Source: an uncultured Ruminococcus sp.
GTDB taxonomy: Bacteria; Bacillota; Clostridia; Lachnospirales; Lachnospiraceae
DNA: 64,000 nt
Reading direction: 5' to 3'
NCBI GenBank assembly: GCA_900553885.1
Contig: USFD01000001.1
Span: 35,651-99,650 of the forward strand
The notes below the pieces were generated by a model. That model did not search any database and was not told where the DNA came from. It saw only the letters and a program-made list of their open reading frames with translations. Shown here piece after piece: positions 38,971-49,400 of this stretch. Position 1 is the stretch's first letter; the number at the start of each line of letters is the position of its first letter. Position numbers and translations under genes: made by a program.

Positions 38971-39163
38971 GAAGAGGTGGGGAAGTTCGGTTCCGTTACC
39001 ACGGCTAAGTAAAACTAACAACCGGGAATCAGGCTAAAAACAAGATTCACAATGGCAACTCGCGTTCCGCTCGAACAGTCCCATTGTGAATCTTAACGCC
39101 TGATTCCCGGTTTTAAGTTTTACTAAAGCCGTTCAAAAGTCACCGACCTCCCCCACCTCTTCC
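38971..39163. repeat. ~193-bp imperfect palindrome (arms ~85 bp, ~25-nt central loop)
   Basis: The left arm ggaagaggtggggaagttcggt...gtaaaactaacaaccgggaatcaggctaaaaacaagattcacaatgg is the reverse complement of ccattgtgaatcttaacgcctgattcccggttttaagttttac...accgacctcccccacctcttcc. Confidence 0.7.
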
Positions 39164-39453
39164 CCCGGAAAGCCGCATCCATCCGTCCGTATCCCGCCGC
39201 TTTCTGCGGTTCTTCGGACAATCAGACTCCTCGTCAGCTGCAGATCACAGAAAAAAAGAAGCACTCCCTGCCGGTTGTGCTTCGCTTCTTATCCTTCCGT
39301 CCGGCTACTGTACGGAAGTTATGATTTCTGTGTTTCCATTCCAGGCTCTTGCCTCCATACCGGTCCGGGCCCTTCTCCGATGCTCTTCCGTCTTCTCCCA
39401 CTTTCTCTTCCATCCGCTGAGATTCGGAATCGGCGATCGGAAAGAACAGCCTT

Positions 39454-39534
39454 GAGGCCGTGGTGTGGTGGCAGAGGACCGCTGCGTCTGCGGTCCGAAC
39501 GAAAGTGCGTCCTCTGCCATCACACCACGGCCTC
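39454..39534. repeat. Inverted repeat with 26-bp near-perfect arms (gaggccgtggtgtggtggcagaggac / gtcctctgccatcacaccacggcctc) and a 29-nt loop
   Basis: This was read directly from the sequence. It lies in a 680-bp convergent intergenic region. Confidence 0.7.
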
Positions 39535-39570
39535 ATGGCGTCCCCTCTCCTATACGCGATTCTGACCATC

Positions 39571-40440
39571 TCAACGGATCAGAATCTCATAGTTCTGCTG
39601 GAATTTTTCTCCTCCTGCCACTTTATTGACACCTGGTTTTTCTGAGAGTTCGGATGTAAATCCCATATTGTCGCATCTTCCCATCCATGGTTCCAGGCAT
39701 ACGAACGGCGCGTCTTTTACGGACCAGATTCCGAAGTTCGGGAATCCCTGGCACTTCAGCCCCACATAGGGCGTGCGGTCTTTATGGCACAGCCACACTT
39801 CTTCAATCTGGCCGCCGTCAAAGATCATAGCGTCTCTATCAAACATTTCTTCTGTCACCGGAACATATCCCTCATCCAGCTTCAGCTGATAAACAGTGTC
39901 CGGATCCGCCGCTCCCTGAGGCAGAGCAAGGCGGATGTAGTTCAGTGCATCTTTTCCCGGGAACCACAGCAGATAATCTGACTTCTTCCCGTCTTTTTCC
40001 GCGAAACGAAATGCCGGATGGCCGCCGATTGTAAAATACATGGTTTCATCTGCGGGATTTTTCACTTCCCATATTACCTGTATTCCTTCCTCTTTCAGGA
40101 CATATGTAATCACAAGTTCAAAATCAAAAGGATATACTTCCTTTGTATCTTCTGTAGAGACAAGAAGAAATGAGGCTTTCCCTTTTCCGGAAGCAATACA
40201 GCGGAACTCGTTGTCCCTGGCGAACCCGTGCTGGGCAGTGGGATACTGAATGCCGTTAATAAGCACCGTATTCCGGTATGTTTTTCCTACATTCGGAAAG
40301 AGTACCGGTGAATGGCGTTTCCAGTATGCCGGGTCTCCTTCCCAGAGAACGTCGGTTTCTGTCTTTTTGTCGTAAATACGGGTCAGTTCCGCTCCCAGTT
40401 CTGCTATTTCAACACAGAACCGTTCATTTTCAAGTCTCAT
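39571..40440 (-). CDS. Aldose 1-epimerase (galactose mutarotase-like) family protein
   Basis: The sequence RFCVEIAELGAELTRIYDKKTETDVLWEGDPAYWKRHSPVLFPNVGK is typical of the LacX/aldose epimerase family. Confidence 0.7.
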   Translation of the reverse strand: MRLENERFCVEIAELGAELTRIYDKKTETDVLWEGDPAYWKRHSPVLFPNVGKTYRNTVLINGIQYPTAQHGFARDNEFRCIASGKGKASFLLVSTEDTKEVYPFDFELVITYVLKEEGIQVIWEVKNPADETMYFTIGGHPAFRFAEKDGKKSDYLLWFPGKDALNYIRLALPQGAADPDTVYQLKLDEGYVPVTEEMFDRDAMIFDGGQIEEVWLCHKDRTPYVGLKCQGFPNFGIWSVKDAPFVCLEPWMGRCDNMGFTSELSEKPGVNKVAGGEKFQQNYEILIR

Positions 40441-40500
40441 ACAGTTCTCCTCCTTCAGATAATCTGTTTTACATCAGCAGTATTCCTGCCGTAAATCCGG

Positions 40501-41715
40501 TTATTCCCCGGTGTTTTCAGAACCGGTATCCTGTGCGCTTCCATCATCTGAACTGCTGTTATCGGATGTGCTGCTGCCATCAGACGTGCTGCCGTCATCG
40601 GATGTGCTGCTGTCATCAGACGTGCCGCTGTCATTGGAAGTACTGCTGTCTGAACCGGTATCTTCTGTTGTGGTATCTGTCTGCTCTACCTGAACACACT
40701 GGTCAACCAGATACTGCATCACAGCATCCTGACGGATTACATCTTTCAGGAGATCCTCTCCCACTGATTCCGTATATTCCTCCACATCTGTCGTGCCGGC
40801 CATGGCCGCATAACGGGCCATCGCTTTCTGATATTCTTCTTCTGTAGGCTCCAGATCCAGTTTGTCTGCCAGAAGCTTAACCGCTTCCTTCATCTTTACA
40901 ACATTCTGAGCGCTCTCCTTCATCTGAGCGTCAAAATCTTCTCTGCTCATGCCCATATAATTTTCAATAAATGTATCCAGATCAAGCCCTGCGCTTACTG
41001 CATACTGATTGTAGTATGCTTCTCCCTCGGAAATCTGATCCTCTACCTCGCCCTCCGGATATTTCTTTGCCTCTACCTGTGCAAGGAATGCATCCTGCAT
41101 TTCCGTTGCCAGCTGCTGATCGACACAATAATCACGGATTTCTTCTTTATACTCGTCAACAGTGTCAGACTTATCACTGTTTTCCTGTACCCATTCATCT
41201 GTCAGTTCCGGAACCTCAGACGTATAGATCTCATTCAGTACAATATGGAAGTCTGCAACTTTGCCGGACAGATCCTCCGTATATTCCTCCGGGAACTGAA
41301 CCTGGATATCAAATTCGTCCCCTGTTTTATGACCGACAATCTGTTCCTCAAATCCTTTATAGTCGTCTGTCGGTCCGATCATTAAACCGGATCCGAGCTG
41401 GAGATCGTATCCCTGTGCTGATCCGCCGCTGAATTCTTCCCCGTCTATGGAGCCTTTGAAGTCGATATTTACCATATCGCCTTCCTCAGCCGCTCTGTCC
41501 GTAACCGTCTCCTGTTTCACTGTCATCTGCAGACGAAGCTGGATTTCCGAATCGATATCGTCATCGGTTATATCCTCCGGCAGCACCTGAGGAACTTCGA
41601 TTCCCTTATACTGCTTTACCGTCACATATTCATTTGACAGTTCTCCTCCTGAGCATCCGGCAAGTGAAGCTGCCAGGACGCCTGCCATAAGTACTGTAAT
41701 CAGTTTCTTTTTCAT
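40501..41715 (-). CDS. Lipoprotein with trigger-factor/FKBP-like domain and Ser/Thr/Asp-rich C-terminal tail
   Basis: The start is MKKKLITVLMAGVLAASLAGCSGG (lipobox) behind an aaaggag RBS. The segment NIDFKGSIDGEEFSGGSAQGYDLQLGSG is trigger-factor-like. The tail reads DSSTSNDSGTSDDSSTSDDGSTSDGSSTSD. Confidence 0.5.
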   Translation of the reverse strand: MKKKLITVLMAGVLAASLAGCSGGELSNEYVTVKQYKGIEVPQVLPEDITDDDIDSEIQLRLQMTVKQETVTDRAAEEGDMVNIDFKGSIDGEEFSGGSAQGYDLQLGSGLMIGPTDDYKGFEEQIVGHKTGDEFDIQVQFPEEYTEDLSGKVADFHIVLNEIYTSEVPELTDEWVQENSDKSDTVDEYKEEIRDYCVDQQLATEMQDAFLAQVEAKKYPEGEVEDQISEGEAYYNQYAVSAGLDLDTFIENYMGMSREDFDAQMKESAQNVVKMKEAVKLLADKLDLEPTEEEYQKAMARYAAMAGTTDVEEYTESVGEDLLKDVIRQDAVMQYLVDQCVQVEQTDTTTEDTGSDSSTSNDSGTSDDSSTSDDGSTSDGSSTSDNSSSDDGSAQDTGSENTGE

Positions 41716-41791
41716 TGTTCTTCTCCTTTTTTCCGCGCTGTGTTTTTCTGCGCTGTATTTTATTTTCATCCGGCCTGTTTCCCCGCCTCTT

Positions 41792-43267
41792 TTACAGAAG
41801 CGGAGAAAGCAGCCGCGAAAACTGCTCTTTTGCTTTAATCACAATGCCTCTCTCATCATATATCTTTCTCGTGACATGGGTGCACTGGGTCATATCATTT
41901 TCAAATGCCCGCTCCAGACGCCGGACGGTTCTTTCACTGTAGATCACGGCATTTACTTCAAAATTCAGTCCGAAACTCCGGATATCCATATTTGCCGTTC
42001 CCACACAGGCCACCATGCCGTCCACGCTGAGCGTCTTGGCATGAAGGAAGCCGTTATTATACACATAACATTTTGCTCCCGCGGCCACCATATCTCCGAT
42101 ATAGGAATATGTAGCCCAGTACACGAAGGGATGATCCGGCTTACAGGGCACCATGATACGCACGTCAATTCCGGACCTGCTTGCAATCTTCAAAGCATCC
42201 AGTATAGATTCATCCGGTATGAAATACGGCGTCTGAATATACACGTGATCCTTTGCCCTGTGGATCAGCCTCAGATAATTGTCATGAATCGTTTTGATCT
42301 GGGAATCTGGCCCGCTGGATATGATCTGTACCGGATCCCGCCCGTTTCTCACATACACCGGAAGCTCAAACAGCGTATCTTCCAGGAACAGATTTTCCTT
42401 TGCGGCATAATTCCAGTCCAGCACAAAACGGACTGCCAGAGACGTTACCGCAGCCCCTTCAATACACAGATGGGTATCCCGCCAGTAGCCGAATTTTTTA
42501 TCCCGGCCGAGATATTCTCTTCCTACGTTAAAGCCTCCTACAAAGCCGATTCTTCCATCAATTACCACAATCTTTCTGTGGTTTCTGTAGTTTACACGCA
42601 GCTGAAGTTTCCCAAGAAGAGCCGGGAAAAACTCCGCCACCATGATTCCTTCCGCTTCCAGCCTCTCCCAGTCCCGGTTGTGCATGGTTCTGCATCCCAT
42701 ACTGTCGAAAAGCACCCGGACCTGGACGCCCTCCCGTGCTTTCTGTATAAGAACCTTTTCAATTTCCTGCCACAGTTCATCATTCCGGATAATGTAATAC
42801 TGCAGATGAATATATTTTTTCGCCTGCTTCATTTCCTCAATGAGAGCCCGGAACTTTGCCTTTCCGTCTGTATAGATCCTGATGTCGTTATTGTCCGTGA
42901 GAACCGCTTCCCCGGCCTCCAGATTATAAAGGATCAGATCCCGGAACCGGTTCATCTCCGGATTGGCAAGGCGCAGCCTTTTGTGGTATATGGTTTCCTC
43001 CTGCCTTCGGACTGCATATTTCACTTCCCCTTCGATTTCTTTTGCTTTGAACATCCTGCTCTTATGGAAATCCTGTCCGATAATCAGGTAGAGGATAAAT
43101 CCTAAAATCGGTATAAAATACAGCAGAAGAAGCCATGTCCAGACTGTCTGCGGGGATCTTCTCTGAAAAAAAACGATAATAAGCGAAAGGAAGATGTTTA
43201 TGATGAACAGATTATCCATAATGAAATCAGATACCGTCACCATTCCGCTCCAAATTGTTTCTGCCAT
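41792..43267 (-). CDS. cls: Cardiolipin synthase
   Basis: Two PLD HKD motifs are present (HRKIVVIDGRIGFVGGFN and LHAKTLSVDGMVACVGTANMD), with N-terminal TM helices. The start was taken at MAETIW behind an aaaggag RBS. Confidence 0.8.
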   Translation of the reverse strand: MAETIWSGMVTVSDFIMDNLFIINIFLSLIIVFFQRRSPQTVWTWLLLLYFIPILGFILYLIIGQDFHKSRMFKAKEIEGEVKYAVRRQEETIYHKRLRLANPEMNRFRDLILYNLEAGEAVLTDNNDIRIYTDGKAKFRALIEEMKQAKKYIHLQYYIIRNDELWQEIEKVLIQKAREGVQVRVLFDSMGCRTMHNRDWERLEAEGIMVAEFFPALLGKLQLRVNYRNHRKIVVIDGRIGFVGGFNVGREYLGRDKKFGYWRDTHLCIEGAAVTSLAVRFVLDWNYAAKENLFLEDTLFELPVYVRNGRDPVQIISSGPDSQIKTIHDNYLRLIHRAKDHVYIQTPYFIPDESILDALKIASRSGIDVRIMVPCKPDHPFVYWATYSYIGDMVAAGAKCYVYNNGFLHAKTLSVDGMVACVGTANMDIRSFGLNFEVNAVIYSERTVRRLERAFENDMTQCTHVTRKIYDERGIVIKAKEQFSRLLSPLL

Positions 43268-43464
43268 ATAGTAAAACTCCTTTATTTTCTGCGGAACACC
43301 GTCTTCATCTCTGCCGGCGTACAAAAATCCGCTATACACAGTATACTCGTTTTCCCGTTGAAAAGTAACCCCTAAAATACCACAATTACTTGCACATCAT
43401 AAAAAACAATGTTACAATACTACAAGCATAAAAGCAAAATATTAAAGGTTTAGGAGGGTTTATT

Positions 43465-43911
43465 GTGAGTCCATTCTGGATTACGTTGATCGTGATCATT
43501 GTCATATTGATTGTGGCATGTATCGTGTTATATTTTCTGGGCAAGAAAGCTGAGAAAAAACAGGCCGAGCAGAAAGAGCAGATGGATGCCGTTGCCCAGA
43601 CTGTCAGTATGCTGATTATTGACAAAAAGAAACTGAAACTCAGAGAAGCCGGACTTCCCGCCGTGGTTCTGGAAAATACCCCCAAGTATCTCAGGCGTGC
43701 GAAAGTTCCTGTTGTCAAGGCAAAAGTCGGACCGAAGATCATGACTCTGATGTGCGACGGCCGTGTATTCGACGTAATTCCGGTTAAGAAAGAGATCAAA
43801 GCCGTAGTAAGCGGTCTTTACATAACCGGGATCAAGAGTGTAAGAGGCGGCTCCATTGAAGTGCCCCAGAAAAAGAAGAAAGGCTTTTTCTCACGATTTA
43901 AAAAGCAATAA
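43465..43911 (+). CDS. Hypothetical membrane-anchored protein (148 aa)
   Basis: It starts with GTG behind an RBS (aggaggg). The N-terminus is a single TM helix followed by a basic region. Confidence 0.45.
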   Translation: MSPFWITLIVIIVILIVACIVLYFLGKKAEKKQAEQKEQMDAVAQTVSMLIIDKKKLKLREAGLPAVVLENTPKYLRRAKVPVVKAKVGPKIMTLMCDGRVFDVIPVKKEIKAVVSGLYITGIKSVRGGSIEVPQKKKKGFFSRFKKQ

Positions 43912-43962
43912 AAAAGGATGTTGGAAATCTGCACATCAGATCAGATTTTCAACATCTTTTTT
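43912..43962. terminator. Bidirectional Rho-independent terminator between convergent genes
   Basis: The stem gatgttggaaatctg / cagattttcaacatc is followed by tttttt and preceded by an A-run. Confidence 0.65.
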
Positions 43963-44446
43963 AATTCAGCACGGAAAACTCTCCGCTGTTTTTCGATACA
44001 ATATCCAGCTTGATCTTACAGTCAGCGAGAGGCTCATGATTCACATCCAGTTCATAGTCAACCTGTACGTTTATCCGGTCGTCTTCCACACTGACCTCCA
44101 TATTCCTGGTATTCACCCCCACCAGCATCTGTCCGTAAGGGGTACGGTAATAGGTCAGATTTTTCCTGTTCTTTTCGAAAATCATATGAGAGCTTGACAG
44201 ACCGCTCTTTACAATCTCCACACTGTCTGTGCCGGTTATCTTGATTCTGTTCTTTATCGTTCCGGCCATCCCTTCCAGCACTTCATCATAGAGAATATAA
44301 TGCTTGCCTCCCCTGCAGTAATAACTGGCAGGAGTCACAACCTCAATTGCATCCTCTCCGGATTCCAGCGCTTCTATTTTGTCATCCGGCTCCGCCATGA
44401 TATCAATGTGATGCCCGGAAATACTGACTAATACATCCTTTGTCAT
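43961..44446 (-). CDS. DUF1934-family protein (YwiB-like)
   Basis: It is a 161-aa protein immediately upstream of murI, a typical arrangement. It has a beta-rich composition. Confidence 0.5.
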   Translation of the reverse strand: MTKDVLVSISGHHIDIMAEPDDKIEALESGEDAIEVVTPASYYCRGGKHYILYDEVLEGMAGTIKNRIKITGTDSVEIVKSGLSSSHMIFEKNRKNLTYYRTPYGQMLVGVNTRNMEVSVEDDRINVQVDYELDVNHEPLADCKIKLDIVSKNSGEFSVLN

Positions 44447-44449
44447 ATC

Positions 44450-45277
44450 TTAAAATTCCTCGATATTTACTACATTCGTAGTAGGAACGTCAAAAGGCAT
44501 CACCGTATTTGCAAATCTGCGGAATTTTTCCGCAGCGTCGCTTACATAAAAAGAGTAAGTGCTGTGGCGCCCTTCGCCGCCCTCATTTGCCATATCCTGC
44601 TCCCGGAGAAGCTTTTTCAGATCCATGGCTGTCTCATATGCAGGGTTGACGATCTGTATCTTCTCCCCCATATAAGCACGGATTTTGGAACGCAGAAGAG
44701 GATAATGGGTACAGCCCAGAATCATGGCGTCAATATCCGTATTGCGCATGGATTCCAGATAATACTCTATCACTTCCTGTGTAACTACGTGCTCCTTAAA
44801 TCCCTCTTCCACCAGAGGGACAAAAAGCGGACATGCCTTCTCAATTACTGTAATATCCGGGGCCATCTCATGGATGACCCTGGTATATACGCCGCTCTGT
44901 ACAGTAGCGTCTGTTCCCACAACCCCCACTTTCCGGTTTCTGGTCGCTTCCACAGCCGCTCTGGCTCCCGGGACCACCACGCCCATGATAGGAATGTCAA
45001 ATTCGTCCCTCACTGCATCCAGCGCCAGCGCACTGGCCGTATTGCAGGCAATTACAATCGCCTTTACCTGTTTTGTTTTCAGGAAACGGATAATCTGCTC
45101 CGAAAAACGAATAATTGTATTCTGGGATTTGCTGCCGTACGGGACACGGGCTGTATCCCCGAAATATACAATATTTTCGTCCGGCAGCTGCCGGGAAATC
45201 TCCCTGGCAACCGTCAGGCCTCCCACTCCGGAATCAAATACTCCTACCGGAGCCGTCTTCCTGCTCTCTGTACTCAC
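44450..45277 (-). CDS. murI: Glutamate racemase
   Basis: The motifs VGVFDSGVGGLTV and ACNTAS and the active-site region GCTHYP are present. Confidence 0.85.
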   Translation of the reverse strand: MSTESRKTAPVGVFDSGVGGLTVAREISRQLPDENIVYFGDTARVPYGSKSQNTIIRFSEQIIRFLKTKQVKAIVIACNTASALALDAVRDEFDIPIMGVVVPGARAAVEATRNRKVGVVGTDATVQSGVYTRVIHEMAPDITVIEKACPLFVPLVEEGFKEHVVTQEVIEYYLESMRNTDIDAMILGCTHYPLLRSKIRAYMGEKIQIVNPAYETAMDLKKLLREQDMANEGGEGRHSTYSFYVSDAAEKFRRFANTVMPFDVPTTNVVNIEEF

Positions 45278-45390
45278 GTTTTCTAATCTCCTTTAAACCA
45301 CACATAAATGAAATCTGTGCAGCTTTTTTCCCGGTTTCCCGGATTCTCACGCGGCCGCAAGGACCGCCCGGCCTTACCGGCCGTATTCAA

Positions 45391-46410
45391 TTACAGTGCA
45401 AGTGTCTTTGCCACGTCATACTGATACTGCGGAATTTCTTTCTTCATCGCCAGCGCTTCCTCAATATCAAAGTCTACATACTGACCGTTCTTGTAACCTA
45501 CAACGCGGTTTGTTTTGCCCTGGCAGAGAAGATCCACCGCCATAGCTCCCATGATAGAAGCATAGACTCTGTCTTTACATGTGGGGCTTCCGCCGCGCTG
45601 CATGTGTCCCAGAATTGTTGCTCTTGTCTCAATACCGGTAGCTGCTTCAATTCTCTTTGCCATGTTAATGGAATCTCCGATTCCCTCTGCATTAATAATA
45701 ATATAGTTCTTCTTACCGCGTTTTTTGTTTGCCATAATATCCGCGATAATCGCGTCTTCGTCAAAATCATGCTCTTCCGGCATCAGAATGCGCTCTGCCC
45801 CGTTGGCAATACCGCACCACAGAGCCAGATAGCCTGCGTCACGTCCCATAACCTCAATAATACTGCAACGCTCATGTGAGGTTGATGTGTCACGTACTTT
45901 ATCAATTGCTTCCATTGCCGTATTTACAGCTGTATCAAAACCAATGGTATAATCTGTACAGGCGATATCAAGGTCAATGGTTCCCGGAACACCTACTGTG
46001 TTTACTCCCAGGTTTGCAAGCTTCTGTGCACCTGCAAAAGAACCGTCTCCGCCGATCACAACCAGGCCGTCAATTCCATACTTCTTACAGATAGCCGCAG
46101 CTTTCTGCTGCCCCTCTTCTGTACGCATGGACTGGCACCGTGCCGTCTGAAGAATTGTACCTCCACGCTGAATTGTATCAGATACATCGCGGGCCGACAG
46201 ATCAATGATCTCTTCCTTCAAAAGGCCGTGATAGCCTCTGCGGATTCCGCGGACTTTTAATCCACGTGAAAGCGCTGTTCTGACAACCGCACGAATTGCT
46301 GCATTCATTCCCGGAGCATCTCCTCCACTTGTAAGGACTCCGATTGTACGGATAGTGTCTTCAATTTCATCTAAATATCTTGCTTTATCATTCCCATTAT
46401 TTTCTGCCAT
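45391..46410 (-). CDS. pfkA: ATP-dependent 6-phosphofructokinase
   Basis: The signatures IGVLTSGGDAPGMNAAIRAVV, GGDGS and MGR are present. Confidence 0.9.
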   Translation of the reverse strand: MAENNGNDKARYLDEIEDTIRTIGVLTSGGDAPGMNAAIRAVVRTALSRGLKVRGIRRGYHGLLKEEIIDLSARDVSDTIQRGGTILQTARCQSMRTEEGQQKAAAICKKYGIDGLVVIGGDGSFAGAQKLANLGVNTVGVPGTIDLDIACTDYTIGFDTAVNTAMEAIDKVRDTSTSHERCSIIEVMGRDAGYLALWCGIANGAERILMPEEHDFDEDAIIADIMANKKRGKKNYIIINAEGIGDSINMAKRIEAATGIETRATILGHMQRGGSPTCKDRVYASIMGAMAVDLLCQGKTNRVVGYKNGQYVDFDIEEALAMKKEIPQYQYDVAKTLAL

Positions 46411-46474
46411 CTTAGTTTCCCACCTTTCTACTAAAAATCAGATAAATGCCAAACCCGAGATTATTCTACCTTAT

Positions 46475-49400
46475 TTAGAAGTGGTTTTCAATAGCTTTTT
46501 CCACCACTTTCACCCGGCTTTCGCCGTAATGATTCATCAATCTGCTCAGGATCTGCGGGTTTATCCTGATATTTCTGTTCTTCGGGAAGCGCTTCACCGC
46601 CCGCTCTTTGGCGCAGTATATTACAACCTCGTCATCTCCTTCCGAATCTGCCAGATATCCGTATACGATCTCTTCATCATCCAGATAGGATGCTTTATCC
46701 GGGAACTGAATCCACAGCTGCTTTTTCGTCCGTTCAAAGGGGATCACTTTTTCACAGATCAGCTTGCTGGCCTTTTCATCTTCCGCCGACACCCGGCCCC
46801 GGATAAAGACTTTGCTGTCAGGTTCCAGATACTCTCTGTTTTTCTCATAATCTCTGGGGAAAACCACAACCTCTACTGTCCCGAACAGATCCTCTACAGT
46901 GACAAAAGCCATCATCTGATTGGTCTTTGTGTGTTTCACTGTCTTATCCGTTATCATACCGCCTATAATCTCTTTGGCTCCATCCTGCACTTTGGGCTTT
47001 CTGCTCTCCTCGTCCGGCTGAAAATCCGCTGAGGTTGCTGAAATCACCTTCCGCCATTTTTCCTCATATTCTTCCAGAGGATGCCCGCTGATATAAACCC
47101 CCAGGACTTCTTTTTCAAATGCGAGGAGATTTTCCTTTGTATACTCTCCCACATCAGGAAAACGGATCAAAAACTCCTCTTTCTGATCATCGGAAGCCAT
47201 ATCAAACAGGCTCATCTGACCTGCCATAGAGTATTTTTTCTCCTGATTTACATGATCTACAATCTGAACATAAATACTCATGAACTGCTTTCTTGTGCCG
47301 CCCAGCGTATCCAGGGCGCCCGACTTGATGAAATTCTCAATGGCTCTTTTATTAAGAACTTCCTTCGGAGAAAGCCTGGTGATAAAGTCCTCCAGATTTT
47401 TGTACGGGCCATAGGCCGTCCGCTCCTCTACGATCGCCTGAATCACAGGTTTGCCCACGCTCTTGATTGCGGCCAGACCGTAACGGATATTGCCGTTATC
47501 CACAGAAAAATCTGCTTCTCCCTTGTTAATATCCGGCGGCAGAATGGAGATATTCATCTGTCTGCAGGCATAGATATATTCTGCCACTTTTGAAGGATTT
47601 TCAATCACTGATGTCATAAGTGCAGCCATAAATTCCACCGGATAATAATATTTCAGCCATGCCGTCTGATAAGCCACGACAGCGTAAGCCGCTGCATGGG
47701 ATTTATTGAATGCGTATTTGGCAAAATCAATCATCTCATCATAAATCTTATTCGCCGTCTTCTCATCAATTCCATTTCTGATACACCCGGGAACACCGGT
47801 CTCCTCATCTCCGTACACAAAGATCTGACGCTCTTTCTTCATAACGTCGCCTTTTTTCTTGGACATGGCCCGCCGGAGCAGATCGCTTCTGCCCAGGGTA
47901 TATCCGCCCAGATCGCGCACAATCTGCATAACCTGCTCCTGGTAGACAATACAGCCGTAGGTGGGCTTGAGGATCGGCTCAAGCTGAGGGCAGTCGTAAG
48001 TAATGGAAGAAGGATCATTCTTTCCTCTGATGTACTGGGGGATAAAATCCATGGGGCCCGGACGGTACAGGGAAATACCGGCAATAATATCCTCCAGGCT
48101 GTGGGGTTTAAGCTCCTTCATGAAACTTTTCATACCCGCGCTTTCCAGCTGGAAAATTCCGTCTGTCTTTCCGGTTCCGATATAATTCAGAACATCCTGA
48201 TCATTGTAGTCAATCTTTTCCATGTCCAGAGACGGATCTTTTTTTCTCGCCATTCTCACTGCATTCTGGATCACAGTCAGCGTACGCAGCCCCAGGAAAT
48301 CCATCTTGAGCAGTCCCAGCTCTTCCAGTGTGGTCATCGTAAACTGGGTCGTTATCGAACCGTCAGCCGCCCGGGATAATGGCACATACTCATCCACCGG
48401 CTTCTGGCTGATCACCACTCCCGCGGCATGCATGGAGCTGTGACGTGGAAGTCCTTCCAGACGTTTTGCCATGTCGATCAGTTCCTTTACCTGGGGATCT
48501 GTCTCATAAGTTCTGCGCAGCTCCGGATTTTCCACCAGGGCTTTATCAATAGTTATATTCGGTTCCTGCGGAATCATCTTGGCGATGGTATCTACAAATG
48601 CGTAGGGCAGATCCATAACCCGTCCCACATCCCGGATCACGCCCCGGGCCGCAAGCGTTCCGAATGTTACAATCTGCACCACCCGGTCCTTGCCGTATTT
48701 GCGCACCACATAGTCAATTACTTCCTGCCTTCTCTCAAAGCAGAAATCCACGTCAATATCCGGCATGGATACACGCTCCGGATTAAGAAACCGCTCAAAA
48801 AGGAGCTGGTATCGGATCGGATCAATGGTTGTAATTCCCAGGCAGTAGGATACAATACTTCCGGCTGCGGATCCTCGCCCCGGTCCCACTGCAATGCCAT
48901 GATCTTTGGCATATTTGATAAAATCCCACACAATCAGAAAGTAGTCCACATACCCCATGTTTTTTATGGTACTCAGCTCGTAGTCCAGCCGTTCTCTCAG
49001 TTCGTCAGTTACCTCCGGATACCGCTTCTCCAGGCCCTCCCGGCAGAGCTTCTGCAGATATTCCCAGGAAGTATAGCCGTCAGGCACATCGTATTTCGGA
49101 AGCTTTGTCACGCCAAACTCAATCTCCACATGACAGCGGTCCGCGATCTTCTGGGTATTGTCCAGCGCCCGCAGCGCATAGGGGAACAGCCTTTCCATCT
49201 CTTCCGGAGACTTTACATAATACTGTCCGCCTTCATAGCGCATCCTGTTCTCATCTGCGAGCTTCTTTCCGGTCTGAATACACAGAAGTATATCATGCGC
49301 TTTCGCATCCTCCGCATAGGTATAATGCACGTCATTTGTGGCTACAAGCTCAATTCCTGTATCCGCCGACATCTTAAGCAGCTGCTGATTTACCAGGGTC

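Noticed and set aside
39234-39569. 111-aa (-) and 96-aa (+) ORFs in the 38.9-39.6 kb spacer
   Set aside because: They are mutually overlapping and GC-rich, and they sit on the large inverted repeats. The Arg/Pro-rich translations indicate non-coding structured DNA.
40540-40680. About 24-nt repetitive DNA (atcggatgtgctgctgccatcagacgtgc...)
   Set aside because: It encodes the Ser/Thr/Asp-rich low-complexity C-terminal tail of the lipoprotein at 40501-41715. It is not an independent repeat element.
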